64,000 bases of DNA from Armatimonadota bacterium. Its GTDB lineage: Bacteria; Armatimonadota; HRBIN16. Positions 18,938-28,317 of the stretch are shown here, one piece after another (position 1 is the stretch's first letter; each line of letters starts with the position of its first letter). The stretch lies in contig OY781964.1 in assembly GCA_963677485.1 (NCBI GenBank), positions 800,001 through 864,000 on the forward strand, read 5' to 3'. The position numbers and the translations under genes were made by a program. The notes below the pieces were generated by a model. That model saw only the letters and a program-made list of their open reading frames with translations, ran no database searches and had not been told where the DNA came from.

Positions 18938-21163
18938 TTATTTCACATTAAGAGCGTTGGGTATGGCCCCTTCGTAAAGCGCATTCGCTTCAGCAACCGA
19001 TACCCCGACATGCAGCTTGCCATTGATGGTGAAGTTGATCTGTCCATCGTTGGTCACAGTGCCAATGCCCGCCGCACTGCATCCGTGTTTTATGGCGATG
19101 TCTTCCAGAGCGGGCATGTTCTCTTGGGGAAGGCTGACCACTATGCGGCTGGCCGTTTCGCCGAACAGCACTGAGTCAGGCCTCTCGCAACTGTTGATGT
19201 GGATGTCGGCACCCTTGTTTCCGGCCAGAGCGCTCTCGCATACGGTGATGGATAATCCGCCATCGCTGCAGTCATGCGCGCTGGTGAGCAGCATCTGGTC
19301 GATCGCCTCTCGAACAGCAGCCTGCAAACCCACCTCAAGTGCGAGGTCGACGACCGGAGGGAAGCCCGATTCGATGCCATACTGCTTATAAAGATACTCG
19401 CTGCCGCCCAGCCCCTGATTGGGATCTTCCCAGCCACTGGGGATCAGCAGGGCAATCACATCGCCCGCGTTTTTGAAATTCGCAGAGCAAGCCTTGTCCA
19501 CATCCTCAATCAACCCGACGATGCCTATTGTGGGCGTGGGGAAGACAGCCGTATCAAGCGTCTCGTTATACAGGCTGACATTGCCCGACACCACAGGCGT
19601 GCCCAGGGCCTCACAAGCCGTAGCGATACCATCCACTGCCTGTTCAAACTGCCAGAAGATGTCTTTCTTCTCCGGGTTGCCGAAGTTCAGGCAGTCGGTC
19701 GCGGCCAACGGCTTCGCGCCGGTGCAACTGACGTTACGGCAGGCCTCAACGACCGCCATCATACCGCCTGTGCGGGGGTCAAGGTAGACATACCGCCCGT
19801 TCCCGTCGATCTTAATGGCCAGCCCCTTATTAGCCACTCCGCGCACGCGCAGCATGGCGGCATCTCCGCCAGGCAGGCCGGAGGTTTGGGTTTGCACCAT
19901 GTGGTCATACTGCTCATATACCCAGCGCTTGCTGGCGATGGTCGTGTCTGAGAGAAGCATTTTCAAGCTCGCGGTTAAATCCTCCGGCACCGGAAGGCTG
20001 GTGGGATCAAACGCTTGAAGCTCATCAATGTATCCCGGCTTTTCCGTCTCAAGGGTGTAGGTGGGACACTCATCCGTCAGGAAGCGGGCCGGTACTCTAG
20101 CGGCCAGCTCATTGCCGTCCATCACAGTGACCCAGCCATCGTCGGTGACTTCACCGACCACGACCGCTTTGCATCCCCACTTTTTGAAGATGCCAGCCAC
20201 TGCCTCTTCACGGCCCTTCTTCACGATGGCCAGCATGCGCTCCTGGGACTCACTCAGCATCACTTCGTAAGCACTCATGCCCTGCTCACGGCGAGGCACC
20301 TTCTGCACATCAATGATCATGCCGTTACCGCCCTTGCTGGCGGTCTCGCAAGTGCTGCAGGTTAGTCCCGCGGCGCCCATGTCCTGAATTCCTACCACGT
20401 CGCCGCTGGCCAATGCCTCTAAGGTGGCCTCAATCAGCAGCTTCTCAGCGAATGGGTCGCCCATCTGAACGTTGCTGCGTTTGGCTTCACTCTCTTCGGT
20501 CAGCTCCACGCTGGCAAAGGTCGCTCCATGGATACCATCACGCCCTGTAGAGGATCCCACATAAAGCACAGGGTTACCGACACCTTCAGCGGCCGCAGTG
20601 GCGACATCGGTGTGTTTGACCAGCCCCACTGCCATCGCGTTCACAAGGCAGTTGCCGGTGTAGCAAGGATGGAACACTACCTCACCCGCAACAGTGGGCA
20701 CACCTACGCAGTTACCGTAGTGAGCGATACCACCGACCACCTCTTTGAAAAGCCACTGGTTATGTGGGTCATCAAGGTCGCCAAAACGCAGGCTGTTGAG
20801 GTTGGCAATTGGCCGGGCACCCATCGTGAATATGTCTCGCAAAATGCCGCCAACACCGGTAGCCGCACCTTGAAAAGGCTCGACGGCGGACGGGTGGTTG
20901 TGGCTTTCCACTTTAAACACGATACCGTATCCATCACCGATGTCGGTGACGCCAGCATTCTCCATGCTGCCCTCATCCATCGCCTTTTTATATTCACCAA
21001 ACCGGCGTAAAATCGGTCGGCTGTACTTATATCCACAGTGTTCACTCCACATCACGGCCATCATGCCGATCTCTGTGTAGTTCGGTTCTCGTCCCAGTCG
21101 CTCAACGATCAGTTCATACTCGTGGTCATTGAGGCCCATTTCGCGGTATATTTGGGGGTCCAT
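18938..21163 (-). CDS. purL: Phosphoribosylformylglycinamidine synthase subunit PurL (small form)
   Basis: Motifs MWSEHCGYK, ESHNHPS, QDMGAAGL, LSESQERM and SGNVSLYNE. Confidence 0.96.
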   Translation of the reverse strand: MDPQIYREMGLNDHEYELIVERLGREPNYTEIGMMAVMWSEHCGYKYSRPILRRFGEYKKAMDEGSMENAGVTDIGDGYGIVFKVESHNHPSAVEPFQGAATGVGGILRDIFTMGARPIANLNSLRFGDLDDPHNQWLFKEVVGGIAHYGNCVGVPTVAGEVVFHPCYTGNCLVNAMAVGLVKHTDVATAAAEGVGNPVLYVGSSTGRDGIHGATFASVELTEESEAKRSNVQMGDPFAEKLLIEATLEALASGDVVGIQDMGAAGLTCSTCETASKGGNGMIIDVQKVPRREQGMSAYEVMLSESQERMLAIVKKGREEAVAGIFKKWGCKAVVVGEVTDDGWVTVMDGNELAARVPARFLTDECPTYTLETEKPGYIDELQAFDPTSLPVPEDLTASLKMLLSDTTIASKRWVYEQYDHMVQTQTSGLPGGDAAMLRVRGVANKGLAIKIDGNGRYVYLDPRTGGMMAVVEACRNVSCTGAKPLAATDCLNFGNPEKKDIFWQFEQAVDGIATACEALGTPVVSGNVSLYNETLDTAVFPTPTIGIVGLIEDVDKACSANFKNAGDVIALLIPSGWEDPNQGLGGSEYLYKQYGIESGFPPVVDLALEVGLQAAVREAIDQMLLTSAHDCSDGGLSITVCESALAGNKGADIHINSCERPDSVLFGETASRIVVSLPQENMPALEDIAIKHGCSAAGIGTVTNDGQINFTINGKLHVGVSVAEANALYEGAIPNALNVK

Positions 21164-21401
21164 ATGTCTGCTCCGGGGAGATTTTTACGATATTTCATCA
21201 AATACTAGTATACAGCCTCCTAAAACAGCCCGCAATTTGGTATCATAAAAACCAATGGGAAAACTTATTCCTGATGCATTTATGAATTGTTCATCTATTC
21301 TGTGTCGTATTTATATAAAACATACGACATCGCAAACGAAATCTAATATACTATAGTTAGAGTGTATGCCAAAGAGCATACGCCATAAGGAGGAATCGAT
21401 C

Positions 21402-22394
21402 ATGTCGGATATACGTGACGTGGCAAAGGAGGCTGGAGTCTCCATCGGAACCGTATCAAGGGTTGTGAATGGCTCCGGTCCTGTTAACGAGCTAACAAAA
21501 GCAAAAGTGCAGGAAGCTGTCAAGAAATTAGGCTATCGCCCGCATACAGTTGCCCGCAGCTTGAGAACAGGCCAGACACACATCATTGGTTTGGTTCTGC
21601 CCAGCCTAAAAGATCCGTTTTTTGCTGCCCTGGCATCAACTCTTGAAGAAGAGTTTGAGAACCGCGACTACACCATTAACATTAGCAGTATAGGGAACTC
21701 TGATAATTCATCAGAACTCCTGGAAGACATGATTAACCAACGCCGGACTGACGGCATTCTTATGTGTACCACTCAGAACAACTACCGTTTGCTGAACACC
21801 ATCCTGACCGAACACAGCACCCCAATCATTCTTCTTGATGCAGTGCGTGGTTTCGGGAACTTAAGTTCAATCTCAGTGGATAACAGCTACGGTATGAACG
21901 CAGCCATCGAGCACTTGAAATCCAAATCGCACACCAAAATCGGCTATATGACCGGTTGTGATGCGATGTGCGCCGGTGAAGATCGACTGCTTGCATTTAA
22001 GCAAGCTATGAAGAGCAACGGCCTGGAAGTTAAGTCCGATTGGATCGTAGAAGCTGATCCTACCGTCGCTGGTGGTTATGACGGCGGCGTTAAGATCGCT
22101 AAAATGTCCGATCGTCCTACTGCAATTATCTGCTTCAACGACCTGATGGCCTATGGCTTGATGCGCGCTGCAGCTGATAAAGGCATTAGCGTTCCGGACG
22201 GCTTGGCCGTCATCGGTTGCGATGACGATATGATGTCTGCTTACGCCACTCCTCCACTCACGACCCTGGCTTACTCCATTCCTGAAGTTGCCAAGGCCGC
22301 TTGTGAACTAATCCTTAGCCGCATTAAGACCAAGGATATCACCACCAAGCAGATCAGTATCAAACCCAGCCTGGTAGTACGCAAATCCAGTTAG
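21402..22394 (+). CDS. LacI family transcriptional regulator
   Basis: HTH IRDVAKEAGVSIGTVSRV, hinge ARSL, and C-terminal PPLTT. AAGGAGG RBS before ATG 21402. Confidence 0.92.
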   Translation: MSDIRDVAKEAGVSIGTVSRVVNGSGPVNELTKAKVQEAVKKLGYRPHTVARSLRTGQTHIIGLVLPSLKDPFFAALASTLEEEFENRDYTINISSIGNSDNSSELLEDMINQRRTDGILMCTTQNNYRLLNTILTEHSTPIILLDAVRGFGNLSSISVDNSYGMNAAIEHLKSKSHTKIGYMTGCDAMCAGEDRLLAFKQAMKSNGLEVKSDWIVEADPTVAGGYDGGVKIAKMSDRPTAIICFNDLMAYGLMRAAADKGISVPDGLAVIGCDDDMMSAYATPPLTTLAYSIPEVAKAACELILSRIKTKDITTKQISIKPSLVVRKSS

Positions 22395-22409
22395 TCCTAG
22401 ACACCATAT

Positions 22410-22450
22410 AACAACGCCCTCATGGATTTACCATGAGGGCGTTGTTGTTT
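22410..22450 (+). terminator. Intrinsic terminator (probably bidirectional)
   Basis: AACAACGCCCTCATGG / CCATGAGGGCGTTGTT between convergent genes. Confidence 0.75.
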
Positions 22451-22482
22451 GAATGCTACGACCGATGTCTTAGTTGAGCGAG

Positions 22483-23589
22483 CTACACCAGGTTTTCGCA
22501 GGCCCAGCGCATCTCGTCCATGATCGGCAGATGCTGGGTGCATTTCGCCTCACACTCACCACACTGAACACAGGCATCAGCCTTTGAGCCCTGGATGGCT
22601 GCATACTGATCCCTGGCGTTCTGCTGGAAGCCCTGGAACCGGTAAGTGGAGTTCATCCCCATGATGGCCGGTATCTCGATGCCCTGCGGGCACGGCATAC
22701 AATAACGGCATCCCGTGCAGAAAGCCTCTTTCATGCTATCCAGCTCATCCAGCTTGGCGTCAATCAAAGCAGCATGCTCAGATGTGAAAGCCCCGTCAGT
22801 GACAGAGGCCACGCTGCGGTCGACATCTTCCAGCGTGTTGATCCCGCTGATGATGGTGTCCACATACGGCTGTGACATCAGCCAGCGGATGCCCATATCA
22901 GCGATGTTTTTCGCGCCCACCTGCTGTGAAAGTGCAGCCAGCGTGGGGTTCTCCTGGTTCAACATTCCGCCGCAAACGGGGTTCATGATGATGGTGCCGA
23001 TCCCGCGATCATGTGCTGCTTTGATAGCGGGCATGTAGGTGCGGTTAAGTATATTGAATGTAAATAGGATGACATCTGCCCAGCCGATCTCCGGCATATA
23101 GCTCAGCAGGTTTTCCACGCTGTCGTGGGTGGTAAAGCCAGTTCTGCGCACCAGCCCCTCAGCCATCGCCCTCTGAATCCCCTCAAGGAAACCGCCTTTA
23201 CAGACTGCCGCGTCGTAATTTTCGCGGTTCTGGATGTTCCACACCTGGTAGTAATCCAGATACTCCACATCCAGCCGCTTCATAGACTCATCAATGCGCT
23301 TTCGCACGCAATCGGCGGAGGAGTCATCGCTCTCCTCGATCTTCACGATCCAAGGAGCCCATTTGGTGCTGAGGATCACCTTCTCGCGGTAGCCGTCCTT
23401 AAGTGCCCTGCCGATTTTGATCTCAGAATCACCGTATCCGCGGCTGGTATCAATGTATTTCATTCCACTGTCAATGGCATGGCGGATCACAGCCACTGCC
23501 TCATCGGTGTCGCCCGGCAGGCGCATGCCACCGATGCTGCCTCGTGCTACGGTCAGACCGTTGCGCTGTCCAAAAGGTATCTGTTGCAT
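22483..23589 (-). CDS. Aldo/keto reductase with C-terminal 4Fe-4S dicluster domain
   Basis: Motifs GGMRLP, YIDTSRGYG.SE, CTGCRYCMPCP and CVQCGECEAKC. Confidence 0.88.
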   Translation of the reverse strand: MQQIPFGQRNGLTVARGSIGGMRLPGDTDEAVAVIRHAIDSGMKYIDTSRGYGDSEIKIGRALKDGYREKVILSTKWAPWIVKIEESDDSSADCVRKRIDESMKRLDVEYLDYYQVWNIQNRENYDAAVCKGGFLEGIQRAMAEGLVRRTGFTTHDSVENLLSYMPEIGWADVILFTFNILNRTYMPAIKAAHDRGIGTIIMNPVCGGMLNQENPTLAALSQQVGAKNIADMGIRWLMSQPYVDTIISGINTLEDVDRSVASVTDGAFTSEHAALIDAKLDELDSMKEAFCTGCRYCMPCPQGIEIPAIMGMNSTYRFQGFQQNARDQYAAIQGSKADACVQCGECEAKCTQHLPIMDEMRWACENLV

Positions 23590-23911
23590 GAAGATTGCTC
23601 CTGAAATTGTAGTCTTTCATTGTACCGTATCGCATTTCTGGTGTTCTTGGCAAATTGGCCCAATACACCAGGCATGTCCTATTAGCATATGCATCTGGTG
23701 GGATGGGCCTTGTGCCTCTCCGCCGTGATGGCGGCGGTGGACGGGGGTTGAGCTAGGGTAAATAACCCACCGATGCATTCTGGGATTGTGAACCTCCGAT
23801 GCCGCGACATAAATGTCTCGGCTATTGAAAACCAAGACTGCTGAAGCAGTCTATGACGGCGTTATCAATATCGGCGCGGAGTTCCACAGCCCGTTTAACG
23901 GCTTCATAAGA

Positions 23912-24172
23912 AACTAGGTTGGCTATGTCCGGGGCGGTCTGTCAGTACGCCTACGGAGGCCACTGTCTATAGACCGCGCCGGTCTTGTTCCCGACACCAA
24001 TCTTACATGGCTAACCGCCAGACCGGCGCGGTCTCGAGCCTTCTGCATCCGCTAGCCTACGCACAGACCGCCCCGGACATAGGCAACGCGTGGCTGCAAC
24101 CGAGGCGAACAGCCATTCGTATATCACCTGTGGCCTCAGTGTGATGAATCAGTGTCAGCCTGGGTTGCCGTG
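23912..24172 (+). repeat. ~260-bp dispersed nested-palindrome element, copy 1
   Basis: CTATGTCCGGGGCGGTCTGT...AGACCGCGCCGGTCT...AGACCGGCGCGGTCT...ACAGACCGCCCCGGACATAG; a closely similar copy lies at 62813-63074. Confidence 0.85.
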
Positions 24173-24300
24173 CATGCACGGGCGGGTGCTTGTTGATCAA
24201 TTACCGAAACATTTATATCGCGGCGTAGGTTGTGGGTGTTGGTTGTGGGTAATTAGCTGCGTTGCGCTACGGGAAAACGGGTCGGTGGTCTCAAAATGCT

Positions 24301-24326
24301 CGGATGACCACAAGGGTCACCCCTAC
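24301..24326 (-). repeat. GTAG-type REP (3' flank of the intron)
   Basis: Reverse complement GTAGGGGTGACCCTTGTGGTCATCCG differs by one base from the REP at 5243. Confidence 0.85.
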
Positions 24327-24377
24327 GAATAACGTATGCCATCGATCGCCTGCAAGACCATGATACACAGAGATTCC

Positions 24378-26775
24378 ATAGGGGTAGGGAGAACTTTCGT
24401 TCCCCCTCCCTCCGAACCGTGCGTGCGGTTCTCCCGCACACGGCTCTCCAGTTGGTAGTGTTACCTCATTTGAGGATTGGTGATTCTTTGCACAGGATGT
24501 TTGTAGTGTAAACACCTAAGGCGGCGTAGCCGCAACCAAAAAGGAATGATTGCATTCGCCACGTAATATACATTCAAACACCCTTTCGTGAGGTTGCCCA
24601 GAATGACATCACTTCAAGAACGCTATGCAAAGCAGATAGCTGGGGTATATTCATGCTTCGACCGCATAGTTATCACCGGTACAATCCCAGGCTGGTGTCA
24701 TAGCGACGGAATGGGCATCTATCTTCATCAACGCAACATCAAGCTATTTGACTTTCCTAAGGAATTTGCCGAACCTCTACGAGATGAGATCAAAGCCAAT
24801 GCGGAACACCTTGCCGTTACCAACAGCATTGAAATTGAGTATATACGCCGTGCCTCTTCATTTCGAAAAGAAGACCGCATCAAAGAGATCATTAGTAGTC
24901 GAGGGTGTCACCCCGGTCTCGTCCACATATTCTCAGTGTTGGAAAAATGTCCAGCATACACCCCGTGGCACGACAAGATTACCCACAAAACCCGGCTGAA
25001 TATCAAGGAGACCAAGTGTCTTCATTACTACTTCTATTTCATCGATGCAGAGTTTGGACTGTGCTATCTACGAGTTCCGACCTGGGTGCCCTTCCGTCTG
25101 CAATTCTATTGTAATGGACACAACCATCTCGCGCATTGCCTTCAATCCGAGGGAGTAGTTTTCACTCCACTGGACAACGCCTTTGTAAAAATCGACGACT
25201 TTAGCTGTGCTCAGAGGCTGGCAGACGCTTTTCCTGCTGATAAGCTGCACCATGCGCTGGATGCATTTGCCAGAATGTATTGCCCCGTGATACGGCTTGC
25301 TGACAATTCATATCATTGGTCGCTAATGCAGGTGGAATATGCTACAGACATCGTGTTCAAACGCGCCGAAGACCTCAAAGCCATCTACGATAATCTAGTC
25401 AAAACAGCGATACATACGGTAACGCCAGAGTCTATCGCGATGTTTCTTGGTAAGAAACTTGATGGGCGAACACTCTCGGAGATCGGCACTGACTACAAGT
25501 TCGATCGCCGCATACAAGGCACGCGCATCAAACACTACATGGGATGGGCTTCTATCAAAATGTATGACAAGCAAGGGATAATCTTGCGTATCGAGACGAC
25601 TGTGAATGACGTCTCTGAATTTAAACACTACCGTGAGGTAGAACATCATGATGGGACGACTGAGATTAAATACGCCCCTATGCAAAAGACCATCTACAGC
25701 CTTCCTCCATTGAGGGAACTGTTATTATCTGCAAACAACAGATATCTTGACTTTCTTTCCGCCCTTGATGACAACAGCGATGGTGAACATCAGATCATCA
25801 AAATCGCGACCTCGACCACCCGTGATCATCGCTCATATCGAGGATTCAACCTTTTCCTCAAGAAGGATTTGGAATGCCTCATTGCACTTGCTCGCGGAGA
25901 GGGATGCATCAGCGGGATCACAAACCGTATGCTTCAAAAAGCCTTACCGCAGATGTCCAGCTCTCAGATATCATACTTCATCAAGCGATGCCGAGTATTC
26001 CGGCTCGTTAGAAAATGCGGTAAACGCTACAAATACTACCTCACTGCACTTGGCAAGCGTATCATCATGGCAGCACTTGCTATTCGCCAGATCGTTGTGC
26101 CTAACGCTTTGTGTGGTGCGTAATATCAGAATATTCTATACACCGTGTTTAAAATATGGTTGGTAAGATACTATACTCAGCATTGAAGGCGACAGCCTTC
26201 TTTGCCCCCATATGATGGGGCACCAACATCCGATTTGTCCAGTCCACCGATGGCTGAGCAGTCGCCTGCTAGTTGTTTCCGCTTGTTTAGCCTTTTTTTT
26301 AGGCACTTCTCGCGCGGAGCTATATTCGGTGGCTGAGACTTCACGGATCTACCTTCCTGCGCTCCCTTGGCTCCACATCCATTACAGACGCTTCAACGCT
26401 ACTATGGGCGCTCTGACTTCTGCCTGCAACGAACTTACTATCGCCACTACTGCAGGCAGATCTCCCTGCTTCACTTACGCGACCTCTTGTGACCATTCCA
26501 TCCCCAAGCACCTCGCAACCCCCATCACTGCTCTATACGCTCACTCTCAAGCATAACAGGCACTGTTTTCACAGCACAAACTTCACCATTCCTACGCTGG
26601 CTCGTTGGTTCTACGCGGCCGAAACGGGTTCGTTATCCTACGGACTGGTCACTCGCCAACAGTTGCTCTCCACCCCACCTCGCGGTGACGCAGTTACTGC
26701 CGACTACAAGGCCAGAGTTGGCGTGGCCTCGAAGAGGAATTGCACCTCTTTGTTCGCGTACGCTTGCAGGCGCAC
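24378..26775 (-). mobile_element. Group II intron (bacterial class E-like) with its RT ORF deleted or replaced
   Basis: 5' end GTGCG at 26775. Domain V GAGCCGTGTGCGGGAGAACCGCACGCACGGTTC (24446-24414, AGC triad). Domain VI ends CCCTACCCCTAT at 24378. DII/DIII-type signature GAAGTCAGAGCGCCCATAGTAGCGTTGAAGCGTCTGTAATGGATGTGGAGCCAAGGG near 26420-26364. The class assignment comes from recalled similarity only. Confidence 0.88.
24603..26123 (+). CDS. Uncharacterised putative transposase (Rep_trans-like motifs, C-terminal winged helix), antisense inside the intron
   Basis: Intact ORF, open from GTG 24588; ATG 24603 follows GAGGT. Motifs CFDRIVITGT, LHYYFYFID.EFGLCYLRVPTW.PF, QVEYATDIVF, IKMYDK, LRIETT and YYLT. 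Confidence 0.7.
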   Translation: MTSLQERYAKQIAGVYSCFDRIVITGTIPGWCHSDGMGIYLHQRNIKLFDFPKEFAEPLRDEIKANAEHLAVTNSIEIEYIRRASSFRKEDRIKEIISSRGCHPGLVHIFSVLEKCPAYTPWHDKITHKTRLNIKETKCLHYYFYFIDAEFGLCYLRVPTWVPFRLQFYCNGHNHLAHCLQSEGVVFTPLDNAFVKIDDFSCAQRLADAFPADKLHHALDAFARMYCPVIRLADNSYHWSLMQVEYATDIVFKRAEDLKAIYDNLVKTAIHTVTPESIAMFLGKKLDGRTLSEIGTDYKFDRRIQGTRIKHYMGWASIKMYDKQGIILRIETTVNDVSEFKHYREVEHHDGTTEIKYAPMQKTIYSLPPLRELLLSANNRYLDFLSALDDNSDGEHQIIKIATSTTRDHRSYRGFNLFLKKDLECLIALARGEGCISGITNRMLQKALPQMSSSQISYFIKRCRVFRLVRKCGKRYKYYLTALGKRIIMAALAIRQIVVPNALCGA

Positions 26776-26801
26776 GTAGGGATGGGCCTTGTGCCCATCC
26801 G
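26776..26801 (+). repeat. GTAG-type REP forming the 5' exon of the intron
   Basis: GTAGGGATGGGCCTTGTGCCCATCCG directly abuts the intron 5' end. Confidence 0.85.
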
Positions 26802-26855
26802 CCGCTATCGTGACGACGAACGCGGATTGCGCTGCGGGGTATCACGTCGGTGGAT

Positions 26856-26891
26856 AAAAAAGGCCCCAGACCGTCACCGGTCTGGGGCCTT
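26856..26891 (-). terminator. Intrinsic terminator after the E2 gene
   Basis: AAGGCCCCAGACCG / CGGTCTGGGGCCTT stem followed by a T run on the minus strand. Confidence 0.75.
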
Positions 26892-26910
26892 GATACCATC
26901 AGAAGATGGT

Positions 26911-28317
26911 CTACAGAAGCAGGCTCATCGGGCTTTCAAGAAGCTCTTTCACTCGCTTCAGGAACTGCGCTGCGGGGGCACCGTCCACGATGCGGTGATC
27001 GAAGGTCAGGCAGAGGTTCATCATCTTGCGGATGACGATCTCGCCGTCCTTAGCTACCACCTTATCGGCGATGCGGCAGACGCCCAGAATACCAGCCTGA
27101 CCGGGGATCAGGATCGGGGTGAAGTAGTCCACACCGAAGTTGCCCAGGTTGGTGATGGTAAAGGTGCCGCCGGTCAGCTCATCCAGGCTGGCTTTGCCAG
27201 CCTTAGTGCGGTCAACCAGCTCACGCAGTGACTTGCACATCTGGCCAAGGCTCATGTCGTTGCAGCCCAAAATGGCGGGTGCCATCAGGATGTCGCCCAT
27301 CGCCACAGCCACGCCCACATTGATCTGCTTCTTCAATGTCAGCTCATCGCCATTCAGCGTGGAGTTGAGTTCTGGGAACTCCTTCAGCGCGATGGTGATG
27401 GCCTTCACGATGAAGTCTGTGAAGGTGGTGCGGTAGCCGTAGATGCGCTCCACTTCTGGGATGATCATCTTGCGGAAGTCGGCGGCAGCGGTCATATCCA
27501 CTTCCATCACTTCCGTGACGGGCGGAGCGCTGATGAAGCCCTTCGCGACTGCATCGGCGATACGCTTGCGCATGTTGCTGAACTTGATCACCTGGTCGCC
27601 AGTAGCGGTTGCGGGCACTGGGGCTGAAGCTGCTGCCGGGGCCGCGACAGGAGCTGCAGGTGCGGGTGCAGGGGTTGTGACTAGCTTCACGTCGTCAGAG
27701 GTGATCTTACCACCAACACCGGTGCCAGCCAGACTGCCAAGGTCCAGGCCAGCGGCTGCGGCCATCTTCTCGGCAAGCGGAGTAGCTTTGGGCTTAGCTG
27801 TCTGAGCTTGCTCCCAGACACGCTGCACGTCACGCTCGATCACGCGTCCGCCAGGGCCGGTGCCTTGGCCAACGAGCTCGCTGATCGCAACACCCTTCTG
27901 GTCGGCCAGACGGCGGGCTCGCGGGCTGACGACCGTCTTGACATCGCTTGTGGCGACAGCGGCGGCTACGGGAGCCTCCACTGCGGCAGCAACAGATGCC
28001 TCAACAGGAGCAGCTTCAGCGGCTGGTGCGGCTGGAGCAGCTCCGCCAGCCTCGGCCAGCAGTGCGCTGATATCATCACCAGGATTGCCAATAATTGCTA
28101 TGGGGTTCTGTACGGGGACATACTCGTTCTCAGCTACCAGAAGTGCCAGAACGGTTCCGGCGAGGGTGCTCTCTACATCAAGGTTAGCCTTATCGGTCAT
28201 AACCTCGCAGATCACCTCACCTACGGATATCGTCTCTCCCACCTGTTTTTTCCATGTTGTGATTTGGCCCTCTTCCATGGAATTACCAAGCACTGGGAGT
28301 TTAAAGATCTCAGCCAT
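26911..28317 (-). CDS. 2-oxo-acid dehydrogenase E2 (dihydrolipoamide acyltransferase)
   Basis: Lipoyl motif TDKA, two E3-binding repeats (SPRARRLA...GTGPGGRV and TPLAEKMA...GTGVGGKI), and catalytic TFDHRIVDG. Confidence 0.92.
   Translation of the reverse strand: MAEIFKLPVLGNSMEEGQITTWKKQVGETISVGEVICEVMTDKANLDVESTLAGTVLALLVAENEYVPVQNPIAIIGNPGDDISALLAEAGGAAPAAPAAEAAPVEASVAAAVEAPVAAAVATSDVKTVVSPRARRLADQKGVAISELVGQGTGPGGRVIERDVQRVWEQAQTAKPKATPLAEKMAAAAGLDLGSLAGTGVGGKITSDDVKLVTTPAPAPAAPVAAPAAASAPVPATATGDQVIKFSNMRKRIADAVAKGFISAPPVTEVMEVDMTAAADFRKMIIPEVERIYGYRTTFTDFIVKAITIALKEFPELNSTLNGDELTLKKQINVGVAVAMGDILMAPAILGCNDMSLGQMCKSLRELVDRTKAGKASLDELTGGTFTITNLGNFGVDYFTPILIPGQAGILGVCRIADKVVAKDGEIVIRKMMNLCLTFDHRIVDGAPAAQFLKRVKELLESPMSLLL

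Noticed and set aside
18465-18977. Several overlapping ORFs (170, 111, 61 and 60 aa)
   Set aside because: They are artefacts of short tandem repeats, with no RBS or protein-like composition.
24253-24515. Minus-strand ORFs with GEPCAGEPHARFGGRG
   Set aside because: This is the translation of intron domains V-VI, not a gene.
26212-26899. ORFs of 88-114 aa
   Set aside because: They overlap intron domains I-III, which are structured RNA.
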